Origin: Methanobacteriota archaeon
GTDB taxonomy: Archaea; Thermoplasmatota; E2; DHVEG-1
Assembly (NCBI GenBank): GCA_963769885.1
Contig: CAVYNH010000005.1
Span: forward strand, 119,144 to 183,143
DNA length: 64,000 nt
Direction: 5' to 3'
Program-made: the position numbers and the translations under genes
Part shown: in pieces, positions 30,339-40,324 of the stretch
Layout of the letters: each line of letters begins with the position of its first letter
Position numbering within the stretch: the first letter of the stretch is position 1
Notes under the pieces: generated by a model
Database searches by the model: none
Told to the model about the DNA's origin: nothing
Seen by the model: only the letters and a program-made list of their open reading frames with translations

Positions 30339-31361
30339 ATGCCTCTTTTAAAGCGAAAGACTGTCCCCGCATCGCCCGTCTCATCCGACTCGCCTGCACT
30401 CTCGAATCAGTTGTCTCGATTTCAGCGTCGAAAGCCCTCCGCGACCCCGCAGGAGCCGCAGACGCCCAACGAGACGACCTCGTCTGATGCCTACTCATTC
30501 CTTGACTCCGAGCAGCCTGACCAGAACGCCTTTGAGGACCTCGGAGACCTACCAACGACCACGGCGCCGAAGCGGCCGGCCTACTGGCAGAAGGAGATGG
30601 CCGGCAAACCCGTGTTCCTCGAAGACACCGGGGAGCGGCTCGGCGAGGTCGCGGACCCCATCCTCGACGCGGAACAGCACCTCATCGGCTACCGGATCAA
30701 GGACAACAAGTCCGACGCCGTCCTCAGATTCCCCCTCGAGCAGTTCGACGAAGACAAGAACGGCCTCATCTTCGTCCCCAGCTGGTACAGCAAAGGTGTC
30801 AAGACCGTGGAGAAGCTGGAGTTCAAAGACCGTATCACCCCGGAGCTCATGTGGCTGATCACGGACAACACCGTCCCGATGCAGGACCTGTACCGCGTCT
30901 TCGTCCGCCATGACGATACTATCACAGGGTACTTGGAGGAGGCCGGTAGCCTCCGCGAACTGCTCACCCAGCGCCTCCGGATTCTGGAAAAAGAGCGGCT
31001 GTCGCTCAAAGAAAGCCTCATGGACCTCACCGAGAAACGCCTCATCAAGGACATCGACCGCAGGGAGTTCTCCGACATCATCATCGAGCACCGCCGCAAG
31101 GTCAACGTCCTCGATAACAACATGAAGAAATGCAGCGACCTGCTCGCCCGTCTCCAAAAAACGTCCTTCGGCATGCTCAGCCTCGCACTCCACGCCGCCA
31201 CCGCACCCTCACCAGGTCCTCACACGGACCGCGACCCGACCACAGACCAGGCCTACCAAGAGAAATACAACCAGCTCAAACAACAGTACGCCAAACTGCA
31301 CGAGGGCTACGAAGAACTGAAGACCGCCGTGGAACGCCTCCTGACCAGCACCGACGTCTAA
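30339..31361 (+). CDS. PRC-barrel plus coiled-coil protein
   Basis: MAGKPVFLEDTGERLGEVAD.......IGYRI PRC pattern followed by heptad helices. Confidence 0.7.
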   Translation: MPLLKRKTVPASPVSSDSPALSNQLSRFQRRKPSATPQEPQTPNETTSSDAYSFLDSEQPDQNAFEDLGDLPTTTAPKRPAYWQKEMAGKPVFLEDTGERLGEVADPILDAEQHLIGYRIKDNKSDAVLRFPLEQFDEDKNGLIFVPSWYSKGVKTVEKLEFKDRITPELMWLITDNTVPMQDLYRVFVRHDDTITGYLEEAGSLRELLTQRLRILEKERLSLKESLMDLTEKRLIKDIDRREFSDIIIEHRRKVNVLDNNMKKCSDLLARLQKTSFGMLSLALHAATAPSPGPHTDRDPTTDQAYQEKYNQLKQQYAKLHEGYEELKTAVERLLTSTDV

Positions 31362-31454
31362 TCCCCAGTCCATTTCCAAAAGGTAATAAGCAAAGAACCG
31401 CATTTCCTTTAAGTAGACAACACCGAGTGGGATACCCTGGGGTGAGGAAGAATC

Positions 31455-34400
31455 ATGTCGGACGATTTTCATACAGAAGCCAAGGAAAAACCGACCACCG
31501 GCCAGGACACCGCGCACTTCATCCTCAACAGCCGTGGCGAACTCCTCGACGCCAGCGACGCCTTCTGCCGCCTGGCCGGCAGACGCCGCGATGCCCTCAT
31601 CGGCACCACCCTGGAAGACGCTGGACTTCTCACCGACATCTCCGCCAAGGCGCTCCGCCGCCGCCACGTCTCTGTTCTCATCGGCAAAGCACCTCACACC
31701 TACACCCTCGAAGTCCGCGCCAAAGACGGCGGCATCTCCCTCCTCCACATCGACTCCATCCCCTACCTCAAAGACGGCAGACTCATCGGCGAGCTCGCCA
31801 CCGTCCACAGCATCACCCCCCAACCCCCATCCACCGACCAACCACTCACGACCATGACGACTGAGCCGCGCCCAGGCACCGACCCCACCGCGATCCTCCA
31901 AGACCGCCTCGAAGACCAACACCACAAACTCCACCAGACCCAACAGAAACTCCGCAAGGCACTTCTCGACCTCGAAACCAAGACCTCACACATCCAAGGG
32001 CTCCAAGACGAGCTCGACGACACCGAACAGCAGCTCCGCCAACGCCTCCACGACCTCGACGACGCCACCAAACAACTCAGACAACGCCAATTCCTCCTCG
32101 ACCAAAAAGATCAAGAACTCACCCGCCTCCGCGACGACCTCACCGCCGAGACCAGCCAACACCAAACCAAGAACATGGAACTTGAACACCTCAACGCCAG
32201 GCTTCAAGACGCCCTCACCACCGCCGAAAACCTCGGCGAAGACCTCACAGAGGCCCAGCGACTCCTCCTCCAGAAGACCCATGACGCCGACCAAAAGGCC
32301 GCCGAGATCAAAAACCTCACCGGCCTCCTCGAGGACACCCGTCAGACCCTCGCCGCCCTCCAAGCCGAGCAAGAAGGCATCATCGAAACAAACCAGGCGC
32401 TCACCAGCCAACTGACTCAAACTCGGCAGGACGCCGAGACCACCGCTGACACGCTCCGGCAGACCCAACAGCAGCTCCAAACCAAAGACCAAGACCTCGC
32501 CGCCGTCCAGGCCGCGCTCCACGCTAAAACCCAAGCACTCGCCGAGCAAACCATCCACTTCACCGAACTCCAAGAAGCCGTCCGAAGCCTCCAGGAGACC
32601 ATCGCCGAACTCCGTCAAGCCCACACCGACAACGAAACCGCCCTCGCCGGCCTCACCCAACGCCTCACCGAAAAAGACCAAGTCCTCCAACAAGCAGCCC
32701 AGGACCTCGACCGCACCCACGCCGAAACCCACACCCTCCTCGGCAAACTCGACAGCAGAGAAAAATACATCAGCTACCAAAACAACCAGCTTGACCGCTA
32801 CGTCCACCAACAAAACATACTCACACAACAACTCAACGACCTCACTGCAGCCCTAGAAAAACAGACCGCGGACCACCACGCCACTGTCCTCGCCCTCGAC
32901 CACAGCCACGATGAAACCGATCTTCGCACCGCCGAGATCCGCCGACTGTCCCGCCTCCTCGCCGACGCCCGACGCCACGCCGACGCCATCACCATCGATC
33001 TCGCCGACACCAAGACCCACGCCCTCGAAACCACGGCACAGCTCCAAGACCGACTCACCGAACTCCACGCCCTCCAAACACAGCACCACGACCAGGAGGA
33101 CGCCATCACCCGCCTCCGAAGTCAGATCACCGAACGGAACACCATCATCCAACAACTCACCGACCAGGTTGAAAACCTTCACCAGGCCGCGGCAGCCGCC
33201 GCCCACGACCACGACAGCCTCGCCACCGCCCTCACCGACACGAAAGACGAGACCAACCGCCTCCAGGACGCCCTCACCCAAAAAGAAGGCGACCTCCGAG
33301 ACAAAGACGCTGAAATCACCGACCTGCGGACAGCGCTGCGGACCGCAGAACACCACCTCAAGACCATTACCCAGACCGCCACCTGCCTTGAACAAGAACT
33401 CCAGAAAAAAGACGCAGTCCTCGAACAAAAAACCGACCTCATCAACACCCTCCAATCCGACCTCGAAGACCAACACCGAGACCTCCAAGAACACCTTCGC
33501 CATGCAACCCACCTCCACACTGAGTTCACCGATACCCAACACCTCCTCGCCGACCTCCAAAAAGAGATAGCCGAAACCACCGCCGTCAGCGCACTCCTCC
33601 AAGAGCAACTCACCGCCACAACTGAGGACCGTGACCACCACGCCCAACTCCTCACTCAGACTACCCAAGACCTCCAAACCCGAACCCACCTCCTCGACAC
33701 ACAGACTGAGGAACTCACCCGCCTCAAGGCCGACCTCGCCAAATACACCCAAGACCTCGACCACAGCCATCAACGCATCATCGAACTCGAAACCGAGCTT
33801 GAAGAAAAAACGACGGCCCTCGACGACACCACCCGACTCCTCACCCAAGCCACACAAGAAGCCCAGGCACGCACCCAAGAGGTCAGCGAACTCACCGCCG
33901 GCCTCAACGCCCGCAACCGCGAACTCGACCAACAACTCCAACTCATCGCCACCTTCAAACAAGAATCATTCGATAACCACCTCAGCCTCACCGGACTCAA
34001 CGAAGAACTCGCCGCCCGCCAGCACGAGCTCCAAACACAGACCGCAGCCCTCACCCAACTCCAAGAAACACTCACCGCACTCCAGAAAGACAACGCAGAC
34101 CACACCGCCCTCATCGCCATCCTCAAAACCGAACAAGCCACCAAACAAGCCCTCCTCGAACAACAGACCGAGGCCCTCACCAGACAACGCCACGAGCTCA
34201 CCCACCTCCACGACAACCTCGACGCTCAAAAACACCTCCGAGAAGAAACAGACCAAAGACTCCACGAGACCCTCACCCAACTCCAAACCCACAAAGACCA
34301 CATCTCCAAACTCTCCACTGAGCTTCTCGCCAAAAACCAACAACTCCAAACCATCGAACAGACCCTCCAGCAGCACCAACACGACCTCCAAGAAAAAACA

Positions 34401-37400
34401 CAGCTCATCCAACACACCCACCACCAACTCGCAGACCTCGAAAAAGAACTCCACAGCCACCACCAAGAAATCAACGACCTCCACCACTCCCTTGACGAAC
34501 GCAACCAAATCATCGCCGACCTCACCGGCCAACTCACCGACACCCAAAGCAGCCTGCTCCAAGAGGCCAAGGCCGCCGACACTCTCAACGACAACCTCAC
34601 CAACACCAGAACCCTCCTCACCCAGACCCAAGCAGAGCTGGAAACTAGCCACCACCAGCTTCACCAGGCCAAGAGCGACTGTGAACGCCTCACCGAACAG
34701 CACACCGCCCTCACCGCCGAACTCCAACGAATCACCACAGAGCTCGCCGCGCAACACCTGGCATCCCAAAAACAAAAAACCGAACTCAAAGACCTTCAAA
34801 CCGAGATCCACACCCGAGACTTCCTGATCTCCGACCTCACTCATCAACTCACCAAAGAACAGACCACAATCACCCAAAAAACCCAAGAAAACCAGACGTT
34901 AACCGAGGAGCTCGCCCGCACATCCGAACTCCTCCTCCAAGGTCAAGAATCCCTCACCGCCAAACAAAATGAACTAACAGAGGCCACGCAGACACTCGAC
35001 GAGCTCACCACCACCATCCAATCACTTAAAGAAGAGATAGAAACCCGGGACATCATCATCAGCGACCTCACCCAACAGGCCAGTGAAGAACAATCAAAAC
35101 TCGTCACCACCGCAACCCAGATCGAAGACCTCACCAGAGAACTTACCGAAACCCAAGACAGGCTACACGGCAGCCAAACCGCAGGCCTTGCACAGGAAGC
35201 CGAGCTCACCCGACTTAAGGAAGAACTCCACGACCGCCTCCAGGACCTCGCCTACCGCAACAACGATCTCAACGACCATAAGGCTCGAATCAACCAGCTC
35301 AGCACACAAATCGAGACCCAAGCCCAGGCCCTCCAGCAGGATCAAGCAGAACTCGCACGCCTGAACCAACTCAACCGCCAACAAGCTCTCGACCTCAAAC
35401 AGGCGCGCGAGGAGACTGAAAAACAATGGATGGAATTAGTCCTCAAGAACATCGACATCCAGGATAAAAGCGAACTTATCACCGAACTCAACGAAAAAAT
35501 CACCCAAGACCAACAGATCATCACTATAGCAGAGAGCGACTTCCAGACCAAGACCACGCATCTCTCAAGCCAAATCCAGGACCTCCAGAGTACACTGCAA
35601 AACACCCGGACCATGCTCGAACAATCCACCGACGAAATCCAAAGCCTCAACCAAGAGATCATCGGAAAGGACCGGCTCCTCCAAGACCTCAGCCGACAAC
35701 TCAGCGACGAACAGACCTCCCTCATCGAGACTGTCTCAAAAAAACACCAGCTCGAATCGGAAGTCGAGGTACAACGACAGCACAATGAGACGCTGCAGGG
35801 AACGCTCCGTGACAAAGAACAACACCTCCACCAAATCGAGGAGGCTCTCAAGTCCAGCGAGCTTCAACTCACGGACCTACAACGGGAACTCACGGGTAAA
35901 ACTCGAGACCTCGAGATCGCCACAACCGAGTTGACCGCCAGGGAGGACCATCTCGAGAAACTGCAAGCCTCCCATACTTCACTTCTCCAAGATGACGAGA
36001 GACTGAAAAAGCAACTCGAGGACCTCACACTGGAGAAGCAGAACCTGCGATCATTGCTCGACAGCATCGAACAAGGAAGCGCCTCCTCCATCATCATGAC
36101 CGATGCCAAAGGCATCATCACCTCGTGGAACCCGCGCGCCGAGCAGCTGTTCAACATGCCCGTCACCTCCGCAATCGGACGACAGCTTACAGACCTTCCA
36201 TTCCTCAAAGACGCCCTCTCAAATACCGTGAACATCCTCACAAAGACCTCTGAACATTCGATCATCATCAAGAACCAGCGGAACGAGGAGCTCCTCACGG
36301 ATATCTCACGGATTCCTCTGCTCAACGACGTCGGAGAAGGTTATGGGTCTCTCATCATCATCGATGATGTTACACCGATGGCTGGGTTGCATGCAGAACT
36401 CTGTAAAAACAAGGCGGATCTTGAGGCGCTCAGCAATCGCTATCAACAATCCTTCAGAAAAATGGCGATTGCCGAGAAGGAGCTACAGGAGAACGAAACC
36501 GAGTTGCGTGTTAAAAAGCAGGCTCTTGCTGAACAAGCCCAGGAGATTTCGGGGCTTCAGAAGGAACTCGAGCGTCATTTTGAGGTGGTGAAAACCAAGA
36601 ATTCGCAGTTGGAGCAAGTGGTTAGAACCCTTCAAGAACGAGACTCGGAACTCGATGAGTTGCGTCAGAAGACCACCAATGGCCAAGACGAGCTCCTGCA
36701 TGCCAAGAACCTTATTGCGAATCTGGAAAACGAGCATCATCGAACGGTCGATGAGCTGCATGATGTTTCGACAAAGTTGAAGGAAGCACAAAAGGAAATC
36801 ATAAGATCCGAGGATCTATGCCAGAGGTTCCAGGCGCACCTCCTCAAGCAACAATGCGAGGTGAGCCAAAAGGAGCTTGAGATTAAGACCCTGGGGGATA
36901 GCGCTGAGAATCGGACGAGGGAACTGGAGATTGTCACGAAGCGGCTTGAGGACAGCACGCTGCAGCTGTCGGCCTCTACAATCAGGATTGAGAGAGCGGA
37001 GAAGGATTTGAAGAAACGAGAGGAGGAAGCATTGCTTCTCCGCCAGCAGGTAAAAGAAAGGCAGACCGTACTTCTCAGGGTCACTGATGAGAGAGACAAC
37101 ATCGTGCAACAATGTGAAACCCTGAAGACCGACCTTGTTTCTGCTCGGAAGGACATGGAGGAGCTCTCGAGTGAATTAAAGGCGAATAAGGCATCGGTGC
37201 TTTGGTTCAAGACGGAACTTGAGGGGACGAAGGAAACCTTGCGGCTCAAGGAGAACGATGTGCATGTGAGACTTGCAGAAGCGGAGGATCTGCGAAAACA
37301 AATCGGTGAGCTTAAGATTGCTCTTCTTGAAAGGAACCATGACGTAGAACACGTACGGGAGGAGGTCGAGGGCCGGCAACAGCAGATAGGCATCCAGGAG

Positions 37401-38432
37401 CAGATTGTGCAGGAGTTAAAGAAACAGCTTGCGGCACGGCAGGTCCAGGTGAAGCAACGAGAGGATGAGCTGTGGCAAAAGACCCAGCTCATCGAGAATT
37501 TAAAAGGCGAGCTTGAACGTTATCAGCAGCGAATCTCGGACCTTGAGAGTTCCTCGCTGGAGCAGGAAAAGGAGGCGGCGCAACGCAGCTCGGTGCCGGC
37601 GCTGAAGACCCAGGAGATCAGCGTTTTACAGGAAGAACTGGAGAAAATCACCGAGAAGCTCCGGGAAAGGGACGGGGAAATGCTCGAGGTTCGGAAACAG
37701 TTGGAGGCTGCTCGCTTGGAGGCAAACAAGAGGAAACTGGAGGTTGAGGATCTCAGCCTCAAGTGCCGTCTAATTCAAAACGAGATTCCTTCATCTGTGA
37801 TCATGGTGGATGAGAAGAATCAGATCGCAGCGTGGAACAAGAGGGCGGAGATGCTGTTGGGTGTGGAGGCGAAGAAGGCGATTGGTTGCGACTTGTTCAA
37901 TTTGTCGTTCATGGAGCGGGAGCGGCTGCGGGAGGGCTACGCCCAGAGTGTCTCGAACCGAAGGGATGTGACAATCAAGGCGATCATCTTTCCCTCGTCG
38001 AATGAGGAGAAGGCCTTGGTGGATGTCACCATCCATCCGGTATTTGGTGAGGCAGGAAATCCTATGGGTGCACTATTGGTCATGGATGATGTGACGAGCC
38101 GGGTGGCGGTCGAGGCGGAGCTTCATCGGAAGGAGGCTGAGGTCGGTGAGTTGAATCAGCGGTTGGCGGATTCGTTTAAGAAGAATGTGTTGTCGGCGTT
38201 GGAGGGGGATGCGTCGAAGCGTCAGGCGGTGGGTGAGGTGGCGCGGCCGGCGTTCGAGGATCGGACGGTGATTGCGGGGGATTTGTCGGTGGTGGCGTCG
38301 CGGCGGCCGGCTGAGGAGGGGCCGGTGGATGAAGCGTGGCAGGAGCGTGTGCGGGTGTGCGGGGAGATCGAGCGTCGGTTGGATGAGGCGGGGGTGGTGA
38401 AGGTGAAGAAGGAAAAGGAGGAGGGGAAGTAG
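31455..38432 (+). CDS. giant (2325 aa) coiled-coil protein with three PAS domains
   Basis: PAS-like segments at the N-terminus, ~36040-36375 (IIMTDAKGIITSWNPRAEQLF...DDVT) and ~37770-38096 (IMVDEKNQIAAWNKRAEMLLG...DDVT), separated by long heptad repeats. Confidence 0.85.
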   Translation: MSDDFHTEAKEKPTTGQDTAHFILNSRGELLDASDAFCRLAGRRRDALIGTTLEDAGLLTDISAKALRRRHVSVLIGKAPHTYTLEVRAKDGGISLLHIDSIPYLKDGRLIGELATVHSITPQPPSTDQPLTTMTTEPRPGTDPTAILQDRLEDQHHKLHQTQQKLRKALLDLETKTSHIQGLQDELDDTEQQLRQRLHDLDDATKQLRQRQFLLDQKDQELTRLRDDLTAETSQHQTKNMELEHLNARLQDALTTAENLGEDLTEAQRLLLQKTHDADQKAAEIKNLTGLLEDTRQTLAALQAEQEGIIETNQALTSQLTQTRQDAETTADTLRQTQQQLQTKDQDLAAVQAALHAKTQALAEQTIHFTELQEAVRSLQETIAELRQAHTDNETALAGLTQRLTEKDQVLQQAAQDLDRTHAETHTLLGKLDSREKYISYQNNQLDRYVHQQNILTQQLNDLTAALEKQTADHHATVLALDHSHDETDLRTAEIRRLSRLLADARRHADAITIDLADTKTHALETTAQLQDRLTELHALQTQHHDQEDAITRLRSQITERNTIIQQLTDQVENLHQAAAAAAHDHDSLATALTDTKDETNRLQDALTQKEGDLRDKDAEITDLRTALRTAEHHLKTITQTATCLEQELQKKDAVLEQKTDLINTLQSDLEDQHRDLQEHLRHATHLHTEFTDTQHLLADLQKEIAETTAVSALLQEQLTATTEDRDHHAQLLTQTTQDLQTRTHLLDTQTEELTRLKADLAKYTQDLDHSHQRIIELETELEEKTTALDDTTRLLTQATQEAQARTQEVSELTAGLNARNRELDQQLQLIATFKQESFDNHLSLTGLNEELAARQHELQTQTAALTQLQETLTALQKDNADHTALIAILKTEQATKQALLEQQTEALTRQRHELTHLHDNLDAQKHLREETDQRLHETLTQLQTHKDHISKLSTELLAKNQQLQTIEQTLQQHQHDLQEKTQLIQHTHHQLADLEKELHSHHQEINDLHHSLDERNQIIADLTGQLTDTQSSLLQEAKAADTLNDNLTNTRTLLTQTQAELETSHHQLHQAKSDCERLTEQHTALTAELQRITTELAAQHLASQKQKTELKDLQTEIHTRDFLISDLTHQLTKEQTTITQKTQENQTLTEELARTSELLLQGQESLTAKQNELTEATQTLDELTTTIQSLKEEIETRDIIISDLTQQASEEQSKLVTTATQIEDLTRELTETQDRLHGSQTAGLAQEAELTRLKEELHDRLQDLAYRNNDLNDHKARINQLSTQIETQAQALQQDQAELARLNQLNRQQALDLKQAREETEKQWMELVLKNIDIQDKSELITELNEKITQDQQIITIAESDFQTKTTHLSSQIQDLQSTLQNTRTMLEQSTDEIQSLNQEIIGKDRLLQDLSRQLSDEQTSLIETVSKKHQLESEVEVQRQHNETLQGTLRDKEQHLHQIEEALKSSELQLTDLQRELTGKTRDLEIATTELTAREDHLEKLQASHTSLLQDDERLKKQLEDLTLEKQNLRSLLDSIEQGSASSIIMTDAKGIITSWNPRAEQLFNMPVTSAIGRQLTDLPFLKDALSNTVNILTKTSEHSIIIKNQRNEELLTDISRIPLLNDVGEGYGSLIIIDDVTPMAGLHAELCKNKADLEALSNRYQQSFRKMAIAEKELQENETELRVKKQALAEQAQEISGLQKELERHFEVVKTKNSQLEQVVRTLQERDSELDELRQKTTNGQDELLHAKNLIANLENEHHRTVDELHDVSTKLKEAQKEIIRSEDLCQRFQAHLLKQQCEVSQKELEIKTLGDSAENRTRELEIVTKRLEDSTLQLSASTIRIERAEKDLKKREEEALLLRQQVKERQTVLLRVTDERDNIVQQCETLKTDLVSARKDMEELSSELKANKASVLWFKTELEGTKETLRLKENDVHVRLAEAEDLRKQIGELKIALLERNHDVEHVREEVEGRQQQIGIQEQIVQELKKQLAARQVQVKQREDELWQKTQLIENLKGELERYQQRISDLESSSLEQEKEAAQRSSVPALKTQEISVLQEELEKITEKLRERDGEMLEVRKQLEAARLEANKRKLEVEDLSLKCRLIQNEIPSSVIMVDEKNQIAAWNKRAEMLLGVEAKKAIGCDLFNLSFMERERLREGYAQSVSNRRDVTIKAIIFPSSNEEKALVDVTIHPVFGEAGNPMGALLVMDDVTSRVAVEAELHRKEAEVGELNQRLADSFKKNVLSALEGDASKRQAVGEVARPAFEDRTVIAGDLSVVASRRPAEEGPVDEAWQERVRVCGEIERRLDEAGVVKVKKEKEEGK

Positions 38433-38441
38433 GGGCTGGGT

Positions 38442-39053
38442 TTAAGGGTAGAGGGTGACGAGGCTGTTGGTGGTGTAGGGGACGTCGAAGGTGAAGGTTT
38501 GTTGTTGTCCGGGGGTGGGGGTGATGGTGAGTTGGAGGGTGTCGTAGGGTCGTAGGTAGGTTTGTTCTGGGAGTTTGACGAGGAGGAAGCCGGCGTCTGT
38601 GTTTTTGTTGAGGGTGTGAGCGGCGAGGGCGGAGCCGTCGTCGTCCGTGATCATTTGGATGGTGAATGACCCAGGTTTGAATTGGTCCCAGGCGGGGTTG
38701 TGGAAGAGGGCATTGGTGGGCTCGTCTTTGGGGACGTCTCGGTAGGGGAGGATGAAGGCGTCGTCGGGGAGGGTGAGTTGGAGTTGTATTTTGGTGAGGT
38801 CGATGGTGCCGGTGATGAGGGGGCGGATGTGGATGGCGAGGCGTTGGATGCCGTTTGGGGTGTCGTATTTGCCGATGATTTGGTCGATTTTGAGGTAGGT
38901 GGTGAGGTCGTTGGTGATGTCGGTGACGGCTTGGTCGAGGGCGTTGTTGGCAGTGGTTTGGTTCTTGATGAAGATGGAGCCGGCGGTGGCGCCGATGGCG
39001 ATGACGGAGGTGATGAGGACGATGGGGAGGAGGCCGAGGGTTGCGTCTGACAT
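38442..39053 (-). CDS. divergent archaellin-like protein
   Basis: Hydrophobic N-helix; LAIHIRP...IDL and I.DDDGS...LN match the neighbouring archaellins; lacks the GIG motif. Confidence 0.7.
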   Translation of the reverse strand: MSDATLGLLPIVLITSVIAIGATAGSIFIKNQTTANNALDQAVTDITNDLTTYLKIDQIIGKYDTPNGIQRLAIHIRPLITGTIDLTKIQLQLTLPDDAFILPYRDVPKDEPTNALFHNPAWDQFKPGSFTIQMITDDDGSALAAHTLNKNTDAGFLLVKLPEQTYLRPYDTLQLTITPTPGQQQTFTFDVPYTTNSLVTLYP

Positions 39054-39278
39054 AGGTGCTCTGGGTGTTGGGGTTGGCGGGCGGCTTTATATGTCTTATT
39101 GAACAGTTGGTACCGAGGGTAGGGGGCTTCTCCTGGTTTTTCAGTGGTTTCGGTTTTTTTTGGTTTTGGGATTTTTCCGCCATACGATTAAATAATTGGC
39201 CGTGTGAAACATTTCCACGATAGTCCTTGTCCTGGCATCAGGTCGCAAGGATAACGAAAGAACAGAAGGTGAAAGGAA

Positions 39279-40136
39279 ATGGAAAAACGGTATATGGAAA
39301 GGCTGGTAGGCAGGTACTGTAAAATCGTGACCAAGGAACCTGGCGAAGACCGCGCCAGTGTCGTCACAGGTGTTCTCGAAGATGTTGACTACAAAGACGG
39401 GTTCCTCATAATCGATTCCTCCCAGGGCCTCGGTTGCCTGCGCATGGACACGGTGATTGCCATTAAACCAGGAACCAAGCGCCAACCCGAGAGGAAGCCC
39501 CTGAAAAAAAATGCCCAGGCCGAGGTCGGTATCGGCACCCTCATTGTGTTCATCGCATTAGTCCTCGTCGCAGCGATAGCGGCAAGCGTCATCATGCAGA
39601 CTGCTGAGACCCTGCAGCAGCGGGCCTATGCAGTCGGTAAACAAACCATCCGTGATGTATCCAGCGGTATTCGAATTATTGGTGTCACTGGATACACAGA
39701 CGTCAACAAGACCAAGGTTGATTACCTTGCCCTCGCAATCACTCCCCGCGCTGGATCGTACGATATCGATCTGAACAAGACTCTCCTCTATCTCCAACTC
39801 GACAATTTTACTATCCTAAGCCTGAACCCGAATGCCAAAGCAGGCACGGTCGCGCAAGGCGGGGTGTTCTCGACCCTCAACCTCTCCCAACTGAACGCCA
39901 CGAACTATGGGCTCATCTCTATTCATGACTCCGATAATTCAATTATGAATAGCAACGGTATTAGCACTTCGGATCAGGCAATGCTCATTGTGAACCTCAC
40001 GGCGGCCCTCCCGATGACTCAGGGTCTGAGAGCAGGGGACACCCTGGAAGGTAAAATCGTCCCCGAAGTGGGGGTTAGCGGTATCTTTGTAGTTAACGCG
40101 CCCAATGCCTTTAAATACCGCGTGGTCGAGGTTTAA
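39279..40136 (+). CDS. flaB: archaellin with N-terminal Sm/Hfq-like domain (copy 1)
   Basis: 81-aa leader, then QA|EVGIGTLIVFIALVLVAAIAASV and PRAGS..IDL. Confidence 0.88.
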   Translation: MEKRYMERLVGRYCKIVTKEPGEDRASVVTGVLEDVDYKDGFLIIDSSQGLGCLRMDTVIAIKPGTKRQPERKPLKKNAQAEVGIGTLIVFIALVLVAAIAASVIMQTAETLQQRAYAVGKQTIRDVSSGIRIIGVTGYTDVNKTKVDYLALAITPRAGSYDIDLNKTLLYLQLDNFTILSLNPNAKAGTVAQGGVFSTLNLSQLNATNYGLISIHDSDNSIMNSNGISTSDQAMLIVNLTAALPMTQGLRAGDTLEGKIVPEVGVSGIFVVNAPNAFKYRVVEV

Positions 40137-40155
40137 GGAAGAACTCATACGACAA

Positions 40156-40192
40156 GAGGCGGAATTTCGCCTCCCCTTCTCTTTCTTTTTTT
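40156..40192 (+). terminator. hairpin plus pyrimidine/T tract after archaellin copy 1
   Basis: GAGGCG...CGCCTC followed by CCCTTCTCTTTCTTTTTTT. Confidence 0.5.
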
Positions 40193-40324
40193 CTCCAGAA
40201 AAGCATCCTCTCAATTTGACAGAATGCCGTTTTGCTGTTCAACCCGAGCATCTATAAATACATTCACCAGCGAACCATACTTGCTACATGCTGGCAAACA
40301 GCATGGGAACGAAGGTGAACGAAA

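Noticed and set aside
31209-37762. Many long antisense and alternate-frame ORFs over the giant gene, and similar ones over the ABC genes, proS and acdA
   Set aside because: Shadow ORFs caused by extreme strand skew and few stop codons; low-complexity Ser/Pro/Thr or Val/Gly/Glu translations
31455-38432. SMC/Rad50 or methyl-accepting chemotaxis protein call for the giant ORF
   Set aside because: No Walker motifs, hinge, or MCP signalling hairpin
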